Source: Felis catus
Lineage: Eukaryota
Assembly (NCBI RefSeq): GCF_018350175.1
Contig: NC_058369.1
Coordinates: forward strand, 13,392,001 to 13,456,000
Length of the DNA: 64,000 nucleotides
Direction of reading: 5' to 3'
In this document: in pieces, positions 60,182 to 64,000 of the stretch
Position numbering within the stretch: the first letter of the stretch is position 1
Layout of the letters: every line of letters begins with the position of its first letter
Notes under the pieces: generated by a model
Databases searched by the model: none
What the model saw: the letters and a program-made list of their open reading frames with translations, nothing else
What the model was told of the DNA's origin: nothing
Made by a program: the position numbers and the translations under genes

Positions 60182-60208
60182 TTTATTAAAACGGAAGGCT
60201 CATTTATT
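60182..60208 (-). terminator. IL12RB1: Two AATAAA signals (minus strand), candidate IL12RB1 polyadenylation site
   Basis: TTTATT at 60182-60187 and 60203-60208, ~730 nt past the stop. Confidence 0.5.
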
Positions 60209-60933
60209 CAGCTATAAGCTCCCTCCCCCACCCCACAGCTCTGTGAGTTCAGTATTATCCTCACCCCCATTCTACGGGGGAGGAGACTGAGGCTGAGGAG
60301 GGGCCATCACTTCCTTAAGAATGATTAGAGCCCCCCCCGCCTTGTTTTCCCCACCACTAGCTCCTTAGAGCCTGGACACCCTGCAGCGCCCGCCCGCAGG
60401 AACTCTGTGCCCAGACTCCCCATCAAGTGCTCCTGGGACAAGACGTCCAGCCTCGGGTCCTAGGATCAGCACGAGCCCCCCCCCCCTCCCCCCTATTCAA
60501 CACCGAAAAGTTCTGTTCCTTCCCCCATGGATGTCTTGTGGGGGGGGGTGGGTAGCAGCTTCCATTTTCTGGCGCTTTCTAGAGTCCCCACCAGAGGACA
60601 TGTTGCAAGACTTGCTAGACAGAGTCGGGGCGGGGGGGCGGGGGGGGGGAAGGGCGGTGGCATCAGAGCCTCGAGGGTGGAAATGGCGTCTGGGTCACCT
60701 GGCCCAGGTTTGACTCCCACCAGTGCTGTGTAGCTTCAGCCTAGCCACTTGCCCTCTCTGAGCCTCAGTGGCCGTGTCTGTGAGATAGAACAGCCATGTA
60801 CCTCTCGAGGTGGTTGTGGGGGTTCAGGACATCGCGGGAGTGTCTACACAGAATAAGCTGGGTATGCAACGTTTGCTTAATAACCGGCTGTCTTCAGGCT
60901 TCCTGCCCGAAGGACGACTTTCCTCTCTGTCCC

Positions 60934-61287
60934 TCAGGCCTCCAGGCCGGTGTGCGAAGGGCCACTGAATACGGGAGTCTGTATTAGGTCTCCCAAGAGC
61001 AGTGGGAGTCCAGCCGCCTGGGCAGGGCTGCCCTCCAGACCATCCTGCCTTCCGGGCTCCGGAGTCTGAGCCTCAGGGTGTCCTCGCACCTGTCTCCTGT
61101 CCTCCGAGGGCAGCTCCGCGTCCAAGGCCAGCTCAGGAGTGCCCTGAAGCAGCCGTGTCTTCTCCTTGAGATGCCCGGGCGTGTCCAGGTCCGTTCCCTC
61201 ACCTTTTTCCCAGGACACGTTCACCACCAGGGCCTCTTTTCGGTACACCTCCTCTGGGAAGTCTGCCGGGCTTGTCCACTGCCAAGC
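60934..61287 (-). CDS. IL12RB1: IL12RB1 terminal coding exon (cytoplasmic tail)
   Basis: tctag|[22 protein letters not shown]...HTGLEA*. Confidence 0.85.
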   Translation of the reverse strand, partial: AWQWTSPADFPEEVYRKEALVVNVSWEKGEGTDLDTPGHLKEKTRLLQGTPELALDAELPSEDRRQVRGHPEAQTPEPGRQDGLEGSPAQAAGLPLLLGDLIQTPVFSGPSHTGLEA

Positions 61288-63621
61288 CTAGATAGGAAGG
61301 GTGGGCCCGAGGCTGTGGGCAGCGCCCTATTTCCTATCCACACGGGGAGTGGATCGTGCTCCTGCTGGCTTAATTCTCTAAAATCCTGAGACCAATTCGA
61401 GGATCAGCTCTAAATCAGTGACCCCCCCCCCCATTCGGCATCCCCTTGGGAAGTCCTCCCCGGCCCCCCATTTCTCTTTGGGAAATTGTTCCTCTTCTCA
61501 CTGTTGATGTGATTGGGCAGGCAGGGCAGTGTCCCCACCCCAATTTGAGTGATGGACATGTGACCTGGCCCAGCCAATCAGAGCACTCTAGCCCCTGACT
61601 CCATGAGCATGTGGCCCAAGCTGGGCCAATCAGTGATAGCCCTGAGACTTTTGCTGAAGTGAATGGGGAAAACGGCACCTGCTTCCACTGGGGAAAGACT
61701 GCGCCTGGCTGGGAGGGAAGACTGCGGGCAGAACAGCAGCCCAGACAAATGGATGTTCAGTGTCGGGACTCCTAGATCTAGCCATGCCTGAAGGCCACCA
61801 TCCAGGGAATCCTCCCCTTACCCCCCACCCCCACCCCCACTGGGTTCTTCTGTTGTTTCTGCTGCTAGGAAATGACCCACAGGAGGTTCCTCTCTGGGCC
61901 TCTGCTTGTCAGTGTGTGAAATAGGACGGGTTTTTGGAATCCCTGTGTCAGTGGTTAGGGGAGAATAAAATGAGTGAAGGCATGGCCATTACTCTGTAGA
62001 ACCCCGGCCCAGAGTATAGACCCAATAAATAAGACCTTGAATTAGAAAAGGAGTGCCCTTACCTGCTTCCCCTGGCTGCTATGGAACTCGACCACAGTGC
62101 TGGCACAGGGTGTGGGCAGGGGCGGGCACAGATACCGCGCAGCCCTGGGGAGGGAAGGGAGCTGGTCGGAGGAGCAGTGTTTCTATCCGTTCTTACTTTT
62201 TCATTGTTCTGTCTTATTTTGTTCATCTCCACTAGGTTATAAAGGGAGAACTGATGTGGATTGGGGGGGGGGGAGGCGGGCATCTGACAGACTTTGTTTC
62301 AAATCCCAGCTCAGCCCCCACCGCTGGATACTTTGGACCTGACTCTCTGAGCCTCAGTTTCCTCATCTGTCAACTGGGCACCAATACGTACTATTGCCAT
62401 TATGGACCATCTTGGGGGAGATGGTGTAAGTTACCTGTTCAGGCCGAGGTACCCAAGGACGCCCAGGAGAAGGATGCTCAGGAAGCTCCCCAGAGACGCG
62501 AGGAGTACGGACAAATCGAACTGGGAAACCTGGACTTCTGGGAGTGGGAGAGGTTGGGTTGGGGGAGGGACACCTCCTGCCTCTTACTGGGAAGGGAGGT
62601 GGGAGGGCTGGACCCTCCATCAACTCGCTGCTGACCATGGCATGCCATGGGTCCCTCTGTGCCTCAGTTTCCTCATACGTGAAGCCGGAGACCGGGGAAC
62701 CCACTTGCCCTGTGTCTGCGGGACAAAGGCCTGGCCCGCCGCGCCCAGGACACCGTGGCTGCAAGTGCCCGCAGGTTGTGCCCATGTGGTTGCTCCCCTG
62801 GACCCAGACCTGCCACCCCACGCAAGGACTGACTGGCTGGTTCTCTTGGGACCAGATTTCACCGTAAGGACAACAGGCAGCGACTATGGCAGGAACAGGG
62901 ATCGTTTGATTTCCAAATCTCTTCCAGCCACACACCCCAGGACAACGGAGCCCGCCTCCTTATCTTTGCGATAAGAGAGACACTCATTCATTCACATTCA
63001 CTCACTCAATAAATAGCCTCCTGTCCCCTCTACCTCCCCTGGAGCCCCCAGCTGGAGAGGGGGGGGGGTGGTGGGACAGAGCCTGGGACACAGACACCCT
63101 CCCTCACCCACTCCCAAGATGTCAGGCCAGGAAGGAAGGGCAGTAACAGCTAGGGGGGCAGGGGGTGGGGTGGGCACCCAGAGGAAAGCGTGGAAGGCTT
63201 CCTGGAGGAGGAAGCTTATGAGCTGAGTTTTGGAGGATGGAAAGGAGTTAGCGGGAAGCACAGACATTCCGGGCAGAGGTGCCTGCACAGGCAAGGCAAC
63301 AGGAGTGTGAGAGAAGGTTCCGGAAGGGAAAAACCGCAAGAAGAGGTGGGAACAGAGTGAGGTGGGACTTCCTCCTGAGGGTGATGCACTGGGGACAGGG
63401 GCAGGGCCAGGGCGGCATAGCCGGGGGAGGCTTGGGCCGGGGCAGTGCATGCTGGGTAAATACCCAGGCCCTGCCCTCCTACTCACCGAAGCTGAATGGC
63501 TGGGGTTGGCTCCAGGCGCCCTGCAGCGTCACTGTGTCTGCTCGAACCTGCACGGTATAGGCTGTGCCAGCCCGAAGGCCACCAAGGGTGACCTCGGTCT
63601 CCGTGGGCTTCACAGACAGCT
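60934..63621 (-). CDS. IL12RB1: Interleukin-12 receptor beta-1, 3' part (gene continues beyond window); exons 63487..63621, 62435..62537, 62063..62144, 60934..61287
   Basis: FN3 end ([25 protein letters not shown]), TM ([22 protein letters not shown]), Box1 (LCPPLPTP), tail (WQW..EALVV..WEKGE..PELALD); consistent phases and GT-AG sites. Confidence 0.93.
61390..61870. mobile_element. Old ERVL-type LTR relic (LTR16/LTR33-like) in an IL12RB1 intron
   Basis: Paired gccaatcag and catgtgacc motifs typical of these LTRs. Confidence 0.45.
62063..62144 (-). CDS. IL12RB1: IL12RB1 Box1 exon
   Basis: cccag|[27 protein letters not shown]|gtaagg. Confidence 0.93.
62435..62537 (-). CDS. IL12RB1: IL12RB1 transmembrane exon
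   Basis: cccag|(E)[33 protein letters not shown](R)|gtaact. Confidence 0.93.
63487..63621 (-). CDS. IL12RB1: IL12RB1 exon, last FN3 segment
   Basis: cacag|(E)[44 protein letters not shown]|gtgagt. Confidence 0.93.
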
Positions 63622-64000
63622 CTGTGGGAGGGAGGCAGGCGTGGGTTCCTAGACTGCCTTTACTCCCATCGGGCGATGGGATGCCCGGGGCCTGGCTAGG
63701 CAGCGACACCCTAGGAGTGGCAATGGGGACTCAAGGCGTTTTGCTGAAAACTCTTAATGCACCCATGCACCTCGGCTTATTTGGAGGAATCTTCGTCACC
63801 AAAATGGTGCTATTTTTCTCAAATCCTGACCTCTGCAGGCTCCTTGCTCCGTCCCCTGCCCAGACCCACCTGCCTTTTCCTCCAAGCTCCTTAGAGACGC
63901 CAGGTTCTGTTACACCTCAGGGCCTTTGCACGGACAGTCCCCCCCTCCTCTACTTTGTTCACCCTTTCCCCGGATATCCGCGTGGTTTCCTCCCTCTCCT

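Overview
Mammalian genomic DNA. The young tRNA-derived CanSINE/SINEC_Fc-type repeats point to a felid, and the gene order matches the human 19p13.11 block. The window contains three genes. (1) The complete KCNN1 (SK1/KCa2.1 channel) on +: 9 coding exons including a 9-nt AQK microexon, 543 aa from ATG 7087, with a CpG-island first exon at ~2.3-2.5 kb. (2) The complete ARRDC2 on +, with two alternative homologous coding first exons (402/407 aa). (3) The last four coding exons of IL12RB1 on - (FN3 end, TM, Box1, cytoplasmic tail). The ~25 kb between ARRDC2 and IL12RB1 is mostly SINE/LINE/LTR/DNA-transposon relics, with candidate NF-kB, CTCF and RFX elements. There are two N gaps. Almost all other ORF-track entries are GC-rich or repeat artefacts. 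I see no wholly new gene system. The best leads are an in-frame upstream ATG that could add 82 aa to SK1 (with a competing uORF), a frameshift relationship explaining the short human versus long felid IL12RB1 tail, regenerated 5' splice sites at exon junctions, an open in-frame ARRDC2 intron, and a few unexplained inserts. Comparisons to human proteins and repeat consensi are from memory, not from a search.
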